A stretch of DNA of 64,000 bases, taken from contig OZ059899.1 in NCBI GenBank assembly GCA_964057225.1, positions 16,988,001 through 17,052,000 of the forward strand, read 5' to 3'. The notes under the pieces were generated by a model that saw only the letters and a program-made list of their open reading frames with translations, did no database searches and had not been told where the DNA came from. Positions 48,501-64,000 of this stretch are shown here, one piece after another. How positions within the stretch are numbered: position 1 is the stretch's first letter; each line of letters begins with the position of its first letter. Both the position numbers and the translations under genes were made by a program. Origin of the DNA: Auanema rhodensis. Its lineage: Eukaryota; Animalia; Nematoda.

Positions 48501-51500
48501 AAAAAATTGATTCTTCAGGGTGAAAATAGAGGATATAAGTGTGAACTTATATCAGTTGATATCTCGGTGCATTTTTAAGCTAGCGCAAATCTGATAATAC
48601 AGATCGACGCAGCTTAAAAATCCGCATCGAATGCACTATACAACATTGAGAAACGCTTAATACAAAAGTTAGTTATGATCGTTTGGAAAATGATGCATTA
48701 GTGTATGTTGAGTTTCCATGTACACTCAACATTGCTTCCAAAAACATTTTGACAAAAATTTTTTCGAAAAATTTCAGAATATTTTAGCAAAAAATAGTTG
48801 TTTTTAGATTCCTTTTTTCAAGGCAAAGACGATGGACAATGTTATTCAACGAAAAAATTAATTCTGCAGGGTGAAAATCGAGGATATAAGTGTGAACTTA
48901 TATCAGTTGATATCTCGGTGAATTTTTAAGCTAGCGCAAATCTGATAACACAGATCGACGCAGCTTAAAAATCCGCATCGAATGCACTATACAACATTGA
49001 GAAACGCTTAATACAAAAATTAGTTATGATCGTTTGAAAAAAGACGCATTAGTGTATGTTGAGTTTCCATGTACACTCAACATTGCTTCCAAAAACATTT
49101 TGACAAAAATTTTTTCGAAAAATTTCAAAATAATTTCGCAAAAAGTAAATGTTTTTAGATTCCTTTTTTTAAGGCAAAGACGATGGACAAAGTTATTCAA
49201 CGAAAAAATTAATTCTGCAGGGTGAAAATCGAGGATATAAGTGTGAACTTATATCAGTTGATATCTCGGTGCATTTTTAAGCTAGCGCAAATCTGATAAC
49301 ACAGATCGACGCAGCTTAAAAATCCGCATCGAATGCACTATACTACATTGAGAAACGCTTAATACAAAAATTAGTTATGATCGTTTGAAAAATGATGCAT
49401 TAGTGTATGTTGAGTTTCCATGTACACTCAACATTGCTTCCAAAAACATTTTGACAAAAATTTTTTCGAAAAATTTCAAAATAATTTCGCAAAAAGTAAA
49501 TGTTTTTAGATTCCTTTTTTTAAGGCAAAGACGATGGACAATGTTATTCAACGAAAAAATTAATTCTGCAGGGTGAAAATCGAGGATATAAGTGTGAACT
49601 TATATCAGTTGATATCTCGGTGCATTTTTAAGCTAGCGCAAATCTGATAACACAGATCGACGCAGCTTAAAAATCCGCATCGAATGCACTGTACAACATT
49701 GAGAAACGCTTAATACAAAAATTAGTTATGATCGTTTGAAAAATGATGCATTAGTGTATGTTGAGTTTCCATGTACACTCAACATTGCTTCCAAAAACAT
49801 TTTGACAAAAATTTTTTCGAAAAATTTCAGAATATTTTAGCAAAAAATAGTTGTTTTTAGATTCCTTTTTTCAAGGCAAAGACGATGGACAATGTTATTC
49901 AACGAAAAAATTAATTCTGCAGGGTGAAAATCGAGGATATAAGTGTGAACTTATATCAGTTGATATCTCGGTGAATTTTTAAGCTAGCGCAAATCTGATA
50001 AAACAGATCGACGCAGCTTAAAAATCCGCATCGAATGCACTATACAACATTGAGAAACGCTTAATACAAAAATTAGTTATGATCGTTTGAAAAAAGACGC
50101 ATTAGTGTATGTTGAGTTTCCATGTACACTCAACATTGCTTCCAAAAACATTTTGACAAAAATTTTTTCGAAAAATTTCAGAATATTTTAGCAAAAAATA
50201 GTTGTTTTTAGATTCCTTTTTTCAAGGCAAAGACGATGGACAATGTTATTCAACGAAAAAATTAATTCTGCAGGGTGAAAATCGAGGATATAAGTGTGAA
50301 CATATATCAGTTGATATCTCGGTGAATTTTTAAGCTAGCGCAAATCTGATAACACAGATCGACGCAGCTTAAAAATCCGCATCGAATGCATCATACTACA
50401 TTGAGAAACGCTTAATACAAAAATTAGTTATGATCGTTTGAAAAATGATGCATTAGTGTATGTTGAGTTTCCATGTACACTCAACATTGCTTCCAAAAAC
50501 ATTTTGACAAAAATTTTTTCGAAAAATTTCAGAATATTTTAGCAAAAAATAGTTGTTTTTAGATTCCTTTTTTCAAGGCAAAGACGATGGACAATGTTAT
50601 TCAACGAAAAAATTAATTCTGCAGGGTGAAAATCGAGGATATAAGTGTGAACTTATATCAGTTGATATCTCGGTGAATTTTTAAGCTAGCGCAAATCTGA
50701 TAACACAGATCGACGCAGCTTAAAAATCCGCATGGAATGCACTATACAACATTGAGAAACGCTTAATACAAAAATTAGTTATGATCGTTTGAAAAAAGAC
50801 GCATTAGTGTATGTTGAGTTTCCATGTACACTCAACATTGCTTCCAAAAACATTTTGACAAAAATTTTTTCGAAAAATTTCAAAATAATTTCGCAAAAAG
50901 TAAATGTTTTTAGATTCCTTTTTTTAAGGCAAAGACGATGGACAATGTTATTCAACGAAAAAATTAATTCTGCAGGGTGAAAATCGAGGATATCAGTGTG
51001 AACTTATATCAGTTGATAGCTCGGTGAATTTTTAAGCTAGCGCAAATCTGATAAAACAGATCGACGCAGCTTAAAAATCCGCATCGAATGCACTATACAA
51101 CATTGAGAAACGCTTAATACAAAAATTAGTTATGATCGTTTGAAAAAAGACGCATTAGTGTATGTTGAGTTTCCATGTACACTCAACATTGCTTCCAAAA
51201 ACATTTTGACAAAAATTTTTTCGAAAAATTTCAGAATATTTTAGCAAAAAATAGTTGTTTTTAGATTCCTTTTTTCAAGGCAAAGACGATGGACAATGTT
51301 ATTCAACGAAAAAATTAATTCTGCAGGGTGAAAATCGAGGATATAAGTGTGAACATATATCAGTTGATATCTCGGTGAATTTTTAAGCTAGCGCAAATCT
51401 GATAACACAGATCGACGCAGCTTAAAAATCCGCATCGAATGCACTATACAACATTGAGAAACGCTTAATACAAAAATTAGTTATGATCGTTTGAAAAAAG

Positions 51501-54500
51501 ACGCATTAGTGTATGTTGAGTTTCCATGTACACTCAACATTGCTTCCAAAAACATTTTGACAAAAATTTTTTCGAAAAATTTCAAAAAAATTTCGCAAAA
51601 AGTAAATGTTTTTAGATTCCTTTTTTTAAGGCAAACACGATGGACAATGTTATTCAACGAAAAAATTAATTCTGCAGGGTGAAAATCGAGGATATAAGTG
51701 TGAACTTATATCAGTTGATATCTCGGTGCATTTTTAAGCTAGCGCAAATCTGATAACACAGATCGACGCAGCTTAAAAATCCGCATCGAATGCACTATAC
51801 TACATTGAGAAACGCTTAGTACGAAAATTAGTTATGATCGTTCGAAAAATGATGCATTAGTGTATGTTGAGTTTCCATGTACACTCAACATAGCTTCCAA
51901 AAACATTTTGACAAAAATTTTCCCGAAAAATTTCAAGATAATTTCACAAAAAGTAGATGTTTTTAGATTCATTTTTTCAAGGCAAAGATGATGGACAATG
52001 TTATTCAACGAAAAAATTAAATCTTCAGGGTGAAAATCGAGGAAGTTCACACTTATATCAGTTGATATCTCGGTGCATTTTTAAGATAGCGCAAATCTGA
52101 TAACATAGATCGACGCAGCTTAAAAATCCGCATCGAATGCACTATACTACATTGAGAAACGCCCAATACAAAAATTAGTTATGATCGTTTGGAAAATGAT
52201 GCATTAGTGTATGTTGAGTTTCCATGTACACTCAACATTGCTTCCAAAAACATTTTGACAAAAATTTTTTCGAAAAATTTCAAAAAAATTTCGCAAAAAG
52301 TAAATGTTTTTAGATTCCTTTTTTTAAGGCAAACACGATGGACAATGTTATTCAACGAAAAAATTAATTCTGCAGGGTGAAAATCGAGGATATCAGTGTG
52401 AACTTATATCAGTTGATAGCTCGGTGAATTTTTAAGCTAGCGCAAATCTGATAAAACAGATCGACGCAGCTTAAAAATCCGCATCGAATGCACTATACAA
52501 CATTGAGAAACGCTTAATACAAAAATTAGTTATGATCGTTTGAAAAAAGACGCATTAGTGTATGTTGAGTTTCCATGTACACTCAACATTGCTTCCAAAA
52601 ACATTTTGACAAAAATTTTTTCGAAAAATTTCAGAATATTTTAGCAAAAAATAGTTGTTTTTAGATTCCTTTTTTCAAGGCAAAGACGATGGACAATGTT
52701 ATTCAACGAAAAAATTAATTCTGCAGGGTGAAAATCGAGGATATAAGTGTGAACATATATCAGTTGATATCTCGGTGAATTTTTAAGCTAGCGCAAATCT
52801 GATAACACAGATCGACGCAGCTTAAAAATCCGCATCGAATGCACTATACAACATTGAGAAACGCTTAATACAAAAATTAGTTATGATCGTTTGAAAAAAG
52901 ACGCATTAGTGTATGTTGAGTTTCCATGTACACTCAACATTGCTTCCAAAAACATTTTGACAAAAATTTTTTCGAAAAATTTCAAAAAAATTTCGCAAAA
53001 AGTAAATGTTTTTAGATTCCTTTTTTTAAGGCAAACACGATGGACAATGTTATTCAACGAAAAAATTAATTCTGCAGGGTGAAAATCGAGGATATAAGTG
53101 TGAACTTATATCAGTTGATATCTCGGTGCATTTTTAAGCTAGCGCAAATCTGATAACACAGATCGACGCAGCTTAAAAATCCGCATCGAATGCACTATAC
53201 TACATTGAGAAACGCTTAGTACGAAAATTAGTTATGATCGTTCGAAAAATGATGCATTAGTGTATGTTGAGTTTCCATGTACACTCAACATAGCTTCCAA
53301 AAACATTTTGACAAAAATTTTCCCGAAAAATTTCAAGATAATTTCACAAAAAGTAGATGTTTTTAGATTCATTTTTTCAAGGCAAAGATGATGGACAATG
53401 TTATTCAACGAAAAAATTAAATCTTCAGGGTGAAAATCGAGGAAGTTCACACTTATATCAGTTGATATCTCGGTGCATTTTTAAGATAGCGCAAATCTGA
53501 TAACATAGATCGACGCAGCTTAAAAATCCGCATCGAATGCACTATACTACATTGAGAAACGCCCAATACAAAAATTAGTTATGATCGTTTGGAAAATGAT
53601 GCATTAGTGTATGTTGAGTTTCCATGTACACTCAACATTGCTTCCAAAAACATTTTGACAAAAATTTTTTCGAAAAATTTCAGAATATTTTAGCAAAAAA
53701 TAGTTGTTTTTAGATTCCTTTTTTCAAGGCAAAGACGATGGACAATGTTATTCAACGAAAAAATTAATTCTGCAGGGTGAAAATCGAGGATATAAGTGTG
53801 AACTTATATCAGTTGATATCTCGGTGAATTTTTAAGCTAGCGCAAATCTGATAAAACAGATCGACGCAGCTTAAAAATCCGCATTGAATGCACTATACAA
53901 CATTGAGAAACGCTTAATACAAAAGTTAGTTATGATCGTTTGGAAAATGATGCATTAGTGTATGTTGAGTTTCCATGTACACTCAACATTGCTTCCAAAA
54001 ACATTTTGACAAAAATTTTTTCGAAAAATTTCAGAATATTTTAGCAAAAAATAGTTGTTTTTAGATTCCTTTTCTCAAGGCAAAGACGATGGACAATGTT
54101 ATTCAACGAAAAAATTAATTCTGCAGGGTGAAAATCGAGGATATAAGTGTGAACTTATATCAGTTGATATCTCGGTGCATTTTTAAGCTAGCGCAAATCT
54201 GATAACACAGATCGACGCAGCTTAAAAATCCGCATCGAATGCACTATACAACATTGAGAAACGCTTAATACAAAAATTAGTTATGATCGTTTGAAAAATG
54301 ATGCATTAGTGTATGTTGAGTTTCCATGTACACTCAACATAGCTTCCAAAAACATTTTGACAAAAATTTTCCCGAAAAATTTCAAGATAATTTCACAAAA
54401 AGTAGATGTTTTTAGATTCATTTTTTCAAGGCAAAGATGATGGACAATGTTATTCAACGAAAAAATTAAATCTTCAGGGTGAAAATCGAGGAAGTTCACA

Positions 54501-57500
54501 CTTATATCAGTTGATATCTCGGTGCATTTTTAAGCTAGCGCAAATCTGATAACACAGATCGACGCAGCTTAAAAATCCGCATCGAATGCACTATACTACA
54601 TTGAGAAACGCTTGATACAAAAATTAGTTATGATCGTTTGAAAAATGATGCATTAGTGTATGTTGAGTTTCCATGTACACTCAACATAGCTTCCAAAAAC
54701 ATTTTGACAAAAATTTTCCCGAAAAATTTCAAGATAATTTCACAAAAAGTAGATGTTTTTAGATTCATTTTTTCAAGGCAAAGATGATGGACAATGTTAT
54801 TCAACGAAAAAATTAAATCTTCAGGGTGAAAATCGAGGAAGTTCACACTTATATCAGTTGATATCTCGGTGCATTTTTAAGATAGCGCAAATCTGATAAC
54901 ATAGATCGACGCAGCTTAAAAATCCGCATCGAATGCACTATACTACATTGAGAAACGCTCAATACAAAAATTAGTTATAATCGTTTGAAAAATGATGCAT
55001 TAGTGTATGTTGAGTTTCCATGTACACTCAACATAGCTTCCAAAAACATTTTGACAAAAATTTTCCCGAAAAATTTCAAGATAATTTCACAAAAAGTAGA
55101 TGTTTTTAGATTAATTTTTTCAAGGCAAAGATGATGGACAATGTTATTCAACGAAAAAATTAAATCTTCAGGGTGAAAATCGAGGAAGTTCACACTTATA
55201 TCAGTTGATATCTCGGTGCATTTTTAAGATAGCGCAAATCTGATAACATAGATCGACGCAGCTTAAAAATCCGCATCGAATGCACTATACTACATTGAGA
55301 AACGCTCAATACAAAAATTAGTTATAATCGTTTGAAAAATGATGCATTAGTGTATGTTGAGTTTCCATGTACACTCAACATTGCTTCCAAAAACATTTTG
55401 ACAAAAATTTTTCCGAAAAATTTCGAAATAATTTCGCAAAAAGTAGATGTTTTTAGATTCATTTTTTCAAGGCAAAGATGATGGACAATGTTATTCAACG
55501 AAAAAATTAAATCTTCAGGGTGAAAATCGAGGAAGTTCACACTTATATCAGTTGATATCTCGGTGAATTTTTAAGCTAGCGCAAATCTGATAAAACAGAT
55601 CGACGCAGCTTAAAAATCCGCATCGAATGCACTATACAACATTGAGAAACGCTTAATACAAAAATTAGTTATGATCGTTTGAAAAAAGACGCATTAGTGT
55701 ATGTTGAGTTTCCATGTACACTCAACATTGCTTCCAAAAACATTTTGACAAAAATTTTTTCGAAAAATTTCAGAATATTTTAGCAAAAAATAGTTGTTTT
55801 TAGATTCCTTTTTTCAAGGCAAAGACGATGGACAATGTTATTCAACGAAAAAATTAATTCTGCAGGGTGAAAATCGAGGATATAAGTGTGAACATATATC
55901 AGTTGATATCTCGGTGAATTTTTAAGCTAGCGCAAATCTGATAACACAGATCGACGCAGCTTAAAAATCCGCATCGAATGCATCATACTACATTGAGAAA
56001 CGCTTAATACAAAAATTAGTTATGATCGTTTGAAAAATGATGCATTAGTGTATGTTGAGTTTCCATGTACACTCAACATTGCTTCCAAAAACATTTTGAC
56101 AAAAATTTTTTCGAAAAATTTCAGAATATTTTAGCAAAAAATAGTTGTTTTTAGATTCCTTTTTTCAAGGCAAAGACGATGGACAATGTTATTCAACGAA
56201 AAAATTAATTCTGCAGGGTGAAAATCGAGGATATAAGTGTGAACTTATATCAGTTGATATCTCGGTGAATTTTTAAGCTAGCGCAAATCTGATAACACAG
56301 ATCGACGCAGCTTAAAAATCCGCATGGAATGCACTATACAACATTGAGAAACGCTTAATACAAAAATTAGTTATGATCGTTTGAAAAAAGACGCATTAGT
56401 GTATGTTGAGTTTCCATGTACACTCAACATTGCTTCCAAAAACATTTTGACAAAAATTTTTTCGAAAAATTTCAAAATAATTTCGCAAAAAGTAAATGTT
56501 TTTAGATTCCTTTTTTTAAGGCAAAGACGATGGACAATGTTATTCAACGAAAAAATTAATTCTGCAGGGTGAAAATCGAGGATATCAGTGTGAACTTATA
56601 TCAGTTGATAGCTCGGTGAATTTTTAAGCTAGCGCAAATCTGATAAAACAGATCGACGCAGCTTAAAAATCCGCATCGAATGCACTATACAACATTGAGA
56701 AACGCTTAATACAAAAATTAGTTATGATCGTTTGAAAAAAGACGCATTAGTGTATGTTGAGTTTCCATGTACACTCAACATTGCTTCCAAAAACATTTTG
56801 ACAAAAATTTTTTCGAAAAATTTCAGAATATTTTAGCAAAAAATAGTTGTTTTTAGATTCCTTTTTTCAAGGCAAAGACGATGGACAATGTTATTCAACG
56901 AAAAAATTAATTCTGCAGGGTGAAAATCGAGGATATAAGTGTGAACATATATCAGTTGATATCTCGGTGAATTTTTAAGCTAGCGCAAATCTGATAACAC
57001 AGATCGACGCAGCTTAAAAATCCGCATCGAATGCACTATACAACATTGAGAAACGCTTAATACAAAAATTAGTTATGATCGTTTGAAAAAAGACGCATTA
57101 GTGTATGTTGAGTTTCCATGTACACTCAACATTGCTTCCAAAAACATTTTGACAAAAATTTTTTCGAAAAATTTCAAAAAAATTTCGCAAAAAGTAAATG
57201 TTTTTAGATTCCTTTTTTTAAGGCAAACACGATGGACAATGTTATTCAACGAAAAAATTAATTCTGCAGGGTGAAAATCGAGGATATAAGTGTGAACTTA
57301 TATCAGTTGATATCTCGGTGCATTTTTAAGCTAGCGCAAATCTGATAACACAGATCGACGCAGCTTAAAAATCCGCATCGAATGCACTATACTACATTGA
57401 GAAACGCTTGATACAAAAATTAGTTATGATCGTTTGAAAAATGATGCATTAGTGTATGTTGAGTTTCCATGTACACTCAACATAGCTTCCAAAAACATTT

Positions 57501-60500
57501 TGACAAAAATTTTCCCGAAAAATTTCAAGATAATTTCACAAAAAGTAGATGTTTTTAGATTCATTTTTTCAAGGCAAAGATGATGGTCAATGTTATTCAA
57601 CGAAAAAATTAAATCTTCAGGGTGAAAATCGAGGAAGTTCACACTTATATCAGTTGATATCTCGGTGCATTTTTAAGCTAGCGCAAATCTGATAACACAG
57701 ATCGACGCAGCTTAAAAATCCGCATCGAATGCACTATACTACATTGAGAAACGCTTAGTACGAAAATTAGTTATGATCGTTCGAAAAATGATGCATTAGT
57801 GTATGTTGAGTTTCCATGTACACTCAACATAGCTTCCAAAAACATTTTGACAAAAATTTTCCCGAAAAATTTCAAGATAATTTCACAAAAAGTAGATGTT
57901 TTTAGATTCATTTTTTCAAGGCAAAGATGATGGACAATGTTATTCAACGAAAAAATTAAATCTTCAGGGTGAAAATCGAGGAAGTTCACACTTATATCAG
58001 TTGATATCTCGGTGCATTTTTAAGATAGCGCAAATCTGATAACATAGATCGACGCAGCTTAAAAATCCGCATCGAATGCACTATACTACATTGAGAAACG
58101 CCCAATACAAAAATTAGTTATGATCGTTTGGAAAATGATGCATTAGTGTATGTTGAGTTTCCATGTACACTCAACATTGCTTCCAAAAACATTTTGACAA
58201 AAATTTTTTCGAAAAATTTCAGAATATTTTAGCAAAAAATAGTTGTTTTTAGATTCCTTTTTTCAAGGCAAAGACGATGGACAATGTTATTCAACGAAAA
58301 AATTAATTCTGCAGGGTGAAAATCGAGGATATAAGTGTGAACTTATATCAGTTGATATCTCGGTGAATTTTTAAGCTAGCGCAAATCTGATAACACAGAT
58401 CGACGCAGCTTAAAAATCCGCATCGAATGCACTATACAACATTGAGAAACGCTTAATACAAAAGTTAGTTATGATCGTTTGGAAAATGATGCATTAGTGT
58501 ATGTTGAGTTTCCATGTACACTCAACATTGCTTCCAAAAACATTTTGACAAAAATTTTTTCGAAAAATTTCAAAATAATTTCGCAAAAAGTAAATGTTTT
58601 TAGATTCCTTTTTTTAAGGCAAAGACGATGGACAATGTTATTCAACGAAAAAATTAATTCTGCAGGGTGAAAATCGAGGATATAAGTGTGAACTTATATC
58701 AGTTGATATCTCGGTGAATTTTTAAGCTAGCGCAAATCTGATAACACAGATCGACGCAGCTTAAAAATCCGCATCGAATGCACTATACAACATTGAGAAA
58801 CGCTCAATACAAAAGTTAGTTATGATCGTTTGGAAAATGATGCATTAGTGTATGTTGAGTTTCCATGTACACTCAACATTGCTTCCAAAAACATTTTGAC
58901 AAAAATTTTTTCGAAAAATTTCAGAATATTTTAGCAAAAAATAGTTGTTTTTAGATTCCTTTTCTCAAGGCAAAGACGATGGACAATGTTATTCAACGAA
59001 AAAATTAATTCTGCAGGGTGAAAATCGAGGATATAAGTGTGAACTTATATCAGTTGATATCTCGGTGCATTTTTAAGCTAGCGCAAATCTGATAACACAG
59101 ATCGACGCAGCTTAAAAATCCGCATCGAATGCACTATACAACATTGAGAAACGCTTAATACAAAAATTAGTTATGATCGTTTGAAAAATGATGCATTAGT
59201 GTATGTTGAGTTTCCATGTACACTCAACATAGCTTCCAAAAACATTTTGACAAAAATTTTCCCGAAAAATTTCAAGATAATTTCACAAAAAGTAGATGTT
59301 TTTAGATTCATTTTTTCAAGGCAAAGATGATGGACAATGTTATTCAACGAAAAAATTAAATCTTCAGGGTGAAAATCGAGGAAGTTCACACTTATATCAG
59401 TTGATATCTCGGTGCATTTTTAAGCTAGCGCAAATCTGATAACACAGATCGACGCAGCTTAAAAATCCGCATCGAATGCACTATACAACATTGAGAAACG
59501 CTTAATACAAAAATTAGTTATGATCGTTTGAAAAATGATGCATTAGTGTATGTTGAGTTTCCATGTACACTCAACATAGCTTCCAAAAACATTTTGACAA
59601 AAATTTTCCCGAAAAATTTCAAGATAATTTCACAAAAAGTAGATGTTTTTAGATTCATTTTTTCAAGGCAAAGATGATGGACAATGTTATTCAACGAAAA
59701 AATTAAATCTTCAGGGTGAAAATCGAGGAAGTTCACACTTATATCAGTTGATATCTCGGTGCATTTTTAAGCTAGCGCAAATCTGATAACACAGATCGAC
59801 GCAGCTTAAAAATCCGCATCGAATGCACTATACTACATTGAGAAACGCTTGATACAAAAATTAGTTATGATCGTTTGAAAAATGATGCATTAGTGTATGT
59901 TGAGTTTCCATGTACACTCAACATAGCTTCCAAAAACATTTTGACAAAAATTTTCCCGAAAAATTTCAAGATAATTTCACAAAAAGTAGATGTTTTTAGA
60001 TTCATTTTTTCAAGGCAAAGATGATGGACAATGTTATTCAACGAAAAAATTAAATCTTCAGGGTGAAAATCGAGGAAGTTCACACTTATATCAGTTGATA
60101 TCTCGGTGCATTTTTAAGATAGCGCAAATCTGATAACATAGATCGACGCAGCTTAAAAATCCGCATCGAATGCACTATACTACATTGAGAAACGCTCAAT
60201 ACAAAAATTAGTTATAATCGTTTGAAAAATGATGCATTAGTGTATGTTGAGTTTCCATGTACACTCAACATTGCTTCCAAAAACATTTTGACAAAAATTT
60301 TTCCGAAAAATTTCGAAATAATTTCGCAAAAAGTAGATGTTTTTAGATTCATTTTTTCAAGACAAAGACGATGGACATTGTTATTCAACGAAAAAATTGA
60401 TTCTTCAGGGTGAAAATAGAGGATATAAGTGTGAACTTATATCAGTTGATATCTCGGTGCATTTTTAAGCTAGCGCAAATCTGATAATACAGATCGACGC

Positions 60501-63500
60501 AGCTTAAAAATCCGCATCGAATGCACTATACAACATTGAGAAACGCTTAATACAAAAATTAGTTATGATCGTTTGAAAAAAGACGCATTAGTGTATGTTG
60601 AGTTTCCATGTACACTCAACATTGCTTCCAAAAACATTTTGACAAAAATTTTTTCGAAAAATTTCAAAATAATTTCGCAAAAAGTAAATGTTTTTAGATT
60701 CCTTTTTTTAAGGCAAAGACGATGGACAATGTTATTCAACGAAAAAATTAATTCTGCAGGGTGAAAATCGAGGATATAAGTGTGAACTTATATCAGTTGA
60801 TATCTCGGTGCATTTTTAAGCTAGCGCAAATCTGATAACACAGATCGACGCAGCTTAAAAATCCGCATCGAATGCACTATACTACATTGAGAAACGCTTA
60901 ATACAAAAATTAGTTATAATCGTTTGAAAAATGATGCATTAGTGTATGTTGAGTTTCCATGTACACTCAACATTGCTTCCAAAAACATTTTGACAAAAAT
61001 TTTTCCGAAAAATTTCGAAATAATTTCGCAAAAAGTAGATGTTTTTAGATTCATTTTTTCAAGACAAAGACGATGGACATTGTTATTCAACGAAAAAATT
61101 GATTCTTCAGGGTGAAAATAGAGGATATAAGTGTGAACTTATATCAGTTGATATCTCGGTGCATTTTTAAGCTAGCGCAAATCTGATAATACAGATCGAC
61201 GCAGCTTAAAAATCCGCATCGAATGCACTATACAACATTGAGAAACGCTTAATACAAAAGTTAGTTATGATCGTTTGGAAAATGATGCATTAGTGTATGT
61301 TGAGTTTCCATGTACACTCAACATTGCTTCCAAAAACATTTTGACAAAAATTTTTTCGAAAAATTTCAGAATATTTTAGCAAAAAATAGTTGTTTTTAGA
61401 TTCCTTTTTTCAAGGCAAAGACGATGGACAATGTTATTCAACGAAAAAATTAATTCTGCAGGGTGAAAATCGAGGATATAAGTGTGAACTTATATCAGTT
61501 GATATCTCGGTGAATTTTTAAGCTAGCGCAAATCTGATAACACAGATCGACGCAGCTTAAAAATCCGCATCGAATGCACTATACAACATTGAGAAACGCT
61601 TAATACAAAAATTAGTTATGATCGTTTGAAAAAAGACGCATTAGTGTATGTTGAGTTTCCATGTACACTCAACATTGCTTCCAAAAACATTTTGACAAAA
61701 ATTTTTTCGAAAAATTTCAAAATAATTTCGCAAAAAGTAAATGTTTTTAGATTCCTTTTTTTAAGGCAAAGACGATGGACAATGTTATTCAACGAAAAAA
61801 TTAATTCTGCAGGGTGAAAATCGAGGATATAAGTGTGAACTTATATCAGTTGATATCTCGGTGCATTTTTAAGCTAGCGCAAATCTGATAACACAGATCG
61901 ACGCAGCTTAAAAATCCGCATCGAATGCACTATACTACATTGAGAAACGCTTAATACAAAAATTAGTTATGATCGTTTGAAAAATGATGCATTAGTGTAT
62001 GTTGAGTTTCCATGTACACTCAACATTGCTTCCAAAAACATTTTGACAAAAATTTTTTCGAAAAATTTCAAAATAATTTCGCAAAAAGTAAATGTTTTTA
62101 GATTCCTTTTTTTAAGGCAAAGACGATGGACAATGTTATTCAACGAAAAAATTAATTCTGCAGGGTGAAAATCGAGGATATAAGTGTGAACTTATATCAG
62201 TTGATATCTCGGTGAATTTTTAAGCTAGCGCAAATCTGATAACACAGATCGACGCAGCTTAAAAATCCGCATCGAATGCACTATACAACATTGAGAAACG
62301 CTTAATACAAAAATTAGTTATGATCGTTTGAAAAAAGACGCATTAGTGTATGTTGAGTTTCCATGTACACTCAACATTGCTTCCAAAAACATTTTGACAA
62401 AAATTTTTTCGAAAAATTTCAAAATAATTTCGCAAAAAGTAAATGTTTTTAGATTCCTTTTTTTAAGGCAAAGACGATGGACAATGTTATTCAACGAAAA
62501 AATTAATTCTGCAGGGTGAAAATCGAGGATATAAGTGTGAACTTATATCAGTTGATATCTCGGTGCATTTTTAAGCTAGCGCAAATCTGATAACACAGAT
62601 CGACGCAGCTTAAAAATCCGCATCGAATGCACTATACTACATTGAGAAACGCTCAATACAAAAATTAGTTATGATCGTTTGAAAAATGATGCATTAGTGT
62701 ATGTTGAGTTTCCATGTACACTCAACATTGCTTCCAAAAACATTTTGACAAAAATTTTTTCGAAAAATTTCAGAATATTTTAGCAAAAAATAGTTGTTTT
62801 TAGATTCCTTTTTTCAAGGCAAAGACGATGGACAATGTTATTCAACGAAAAAATTAATTCTGCAGGGTGAAAATCGAGGATATAAGTGTGAACTTATATC
62901 AGTTGATATCTCGGTGAATTTTTAAGCTAGCGCAAATCTGATAACACAGATCGACGCAGCTTAAAAATCCGCATCGAATGCACTATACAACATTGAGAAA
63001 CGCTCAATACAAAAGTTAGTTATGATCGTTTGGAAAATGATGCATTAGTGTATGTTGAGTTTCCATGTACACTCAACATTGCTTCCAAAAACATTTTGAC
63101 AAAAATTTTTTCGAAAAATTTCAGAATATTTTAGCAAAAAATAGTTGTTTTTAGATTCCTTTTCTCAAGGCAAAGACGATGGACAATGTTATTCAACGAA
63201 AAAATTAATTCTGCAGGGTGAAAATCGAGGATATAAGTGTGAACTTATATCAGTTGATATCTCGGTGCATTTTTAAGCTAGCGCAAATCTGATAACACAG
63301 ATCGACGCAGCTTAAAAATCCGCATCGAATGCACTATACAACATTGAGAAACGCTTAATACAAAAGTTAGTTATGATCGTTTGGAAAATGATGCATTAGT
63401 GTATGTTGAGTTTCCATGTACACTCAACATTGCTTCCAAAAACATTTTGACAAAAATTTTTTCGAAAAATTTCAAAATAATTTCGCAAAAAGTAAATGTT

Positions 63501-64000
63501 TTTAGATTCCTTTTTTTAAGGCAAAGACGATGGACAATGTTATTCAACGAAAAAATTAATTCTGCAGGGTGAAAATCGAGGATATAAGTGTGAACTTATA
63601 TCAGTTGATATCTCGGTGCATTTTTAAGCTAGCGCAAATCTGATAACACAGATCGACGCAGCTTAAAAATCCGCATCGAATGCACTATACTACATTGAGA
63701 AACGCTTAATACAAAAATTAGTTATGATCGTTTGAAAAATGATGCATTAGTGTATGTTGAGTTTCCATGTACACTCAACATTGCTTCCAAAAACATTTTG
63801 ACAAAAATTTTTTCGAAAAATTTCAAAATAATTTCGCAAAAAGTAAATGTTTTTAGATTCCTTTTTTTAAGGCAAAGACGATGGACAATGTTATTCAACG
63901 AAAAAATTAATTCTGCAGGGTGAAAATCGAGGATATAAGTGTGAACTTATATCAGTTGATATCTCGGTGCATTTTTAAGCTAGCGCAAATCTGATAACAC
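24505..64000. repeat. Continuation of the 351/347-bp satellite array (~113 copies), same orientation; runs off the window end
   Basis: Same monomer and periodicity, with local higher-order duplications. Confidence 0.99.

Noticed and set aside
52-63923. More than 100 near-identical 63-aa (+) and 72-aa (-) ORFs suggesting a tandem small-protein family
   Set aside because: They are by-products of the satellite. The + ORFs start at TTG, many monomers have stops, the - ORF exists only in the inversion variant, and no domain or coding signal is recognisable.
1-64000. CRISPR-like or array-associated reverse-transcriptase system (repeat array next to an RT)
   Set aside because: The units have no unique spacers and there are no cas genes. 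The RT is a standard Gypsy RT inside an LTR element whose TSD shows it simply inserted into the array.

Overview
Eukaryotic, AT-rich, heterochromatin-type window, probably from an invertebrate; the host cannot be identified from the sequence. About 85% is one tandem satellite array: a 351-bp monomer plus a recurrent 347-bp variant, roughly 43 copies at 1-15126 and 113 copies at 24505-64000, with local higher-order repeats and a diverged sub-family block at about 8780-14780. The array is cleanly interrupted by one full-length 9,378-bp Ty3/Gypsy LTR retroelement on the minus strand (15127-24504). It has two 399-bp LTRs that read as identical, a 4-bp CATT target-site duplication and a tRNA-Gln-type primer-binding site. 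The main result is the element's gene order: one uninterrupted reading frame encodes Gag, an internal signal peptide, a ~920-aa herpesvirus-gB-like (class III) glycoprotein with furin site and TM anchor, then protease, RT and RNase H. The env-like gene therefore lies between gag and pol rather than after pol. Integrase follows but carries a frame change (ATGA overlap) and one in-frame TGA. The many 63-72 aa ORFs in the track are artefacts of the satellite. All comparisons were made by eye and from recalled motifs; no searches were run.
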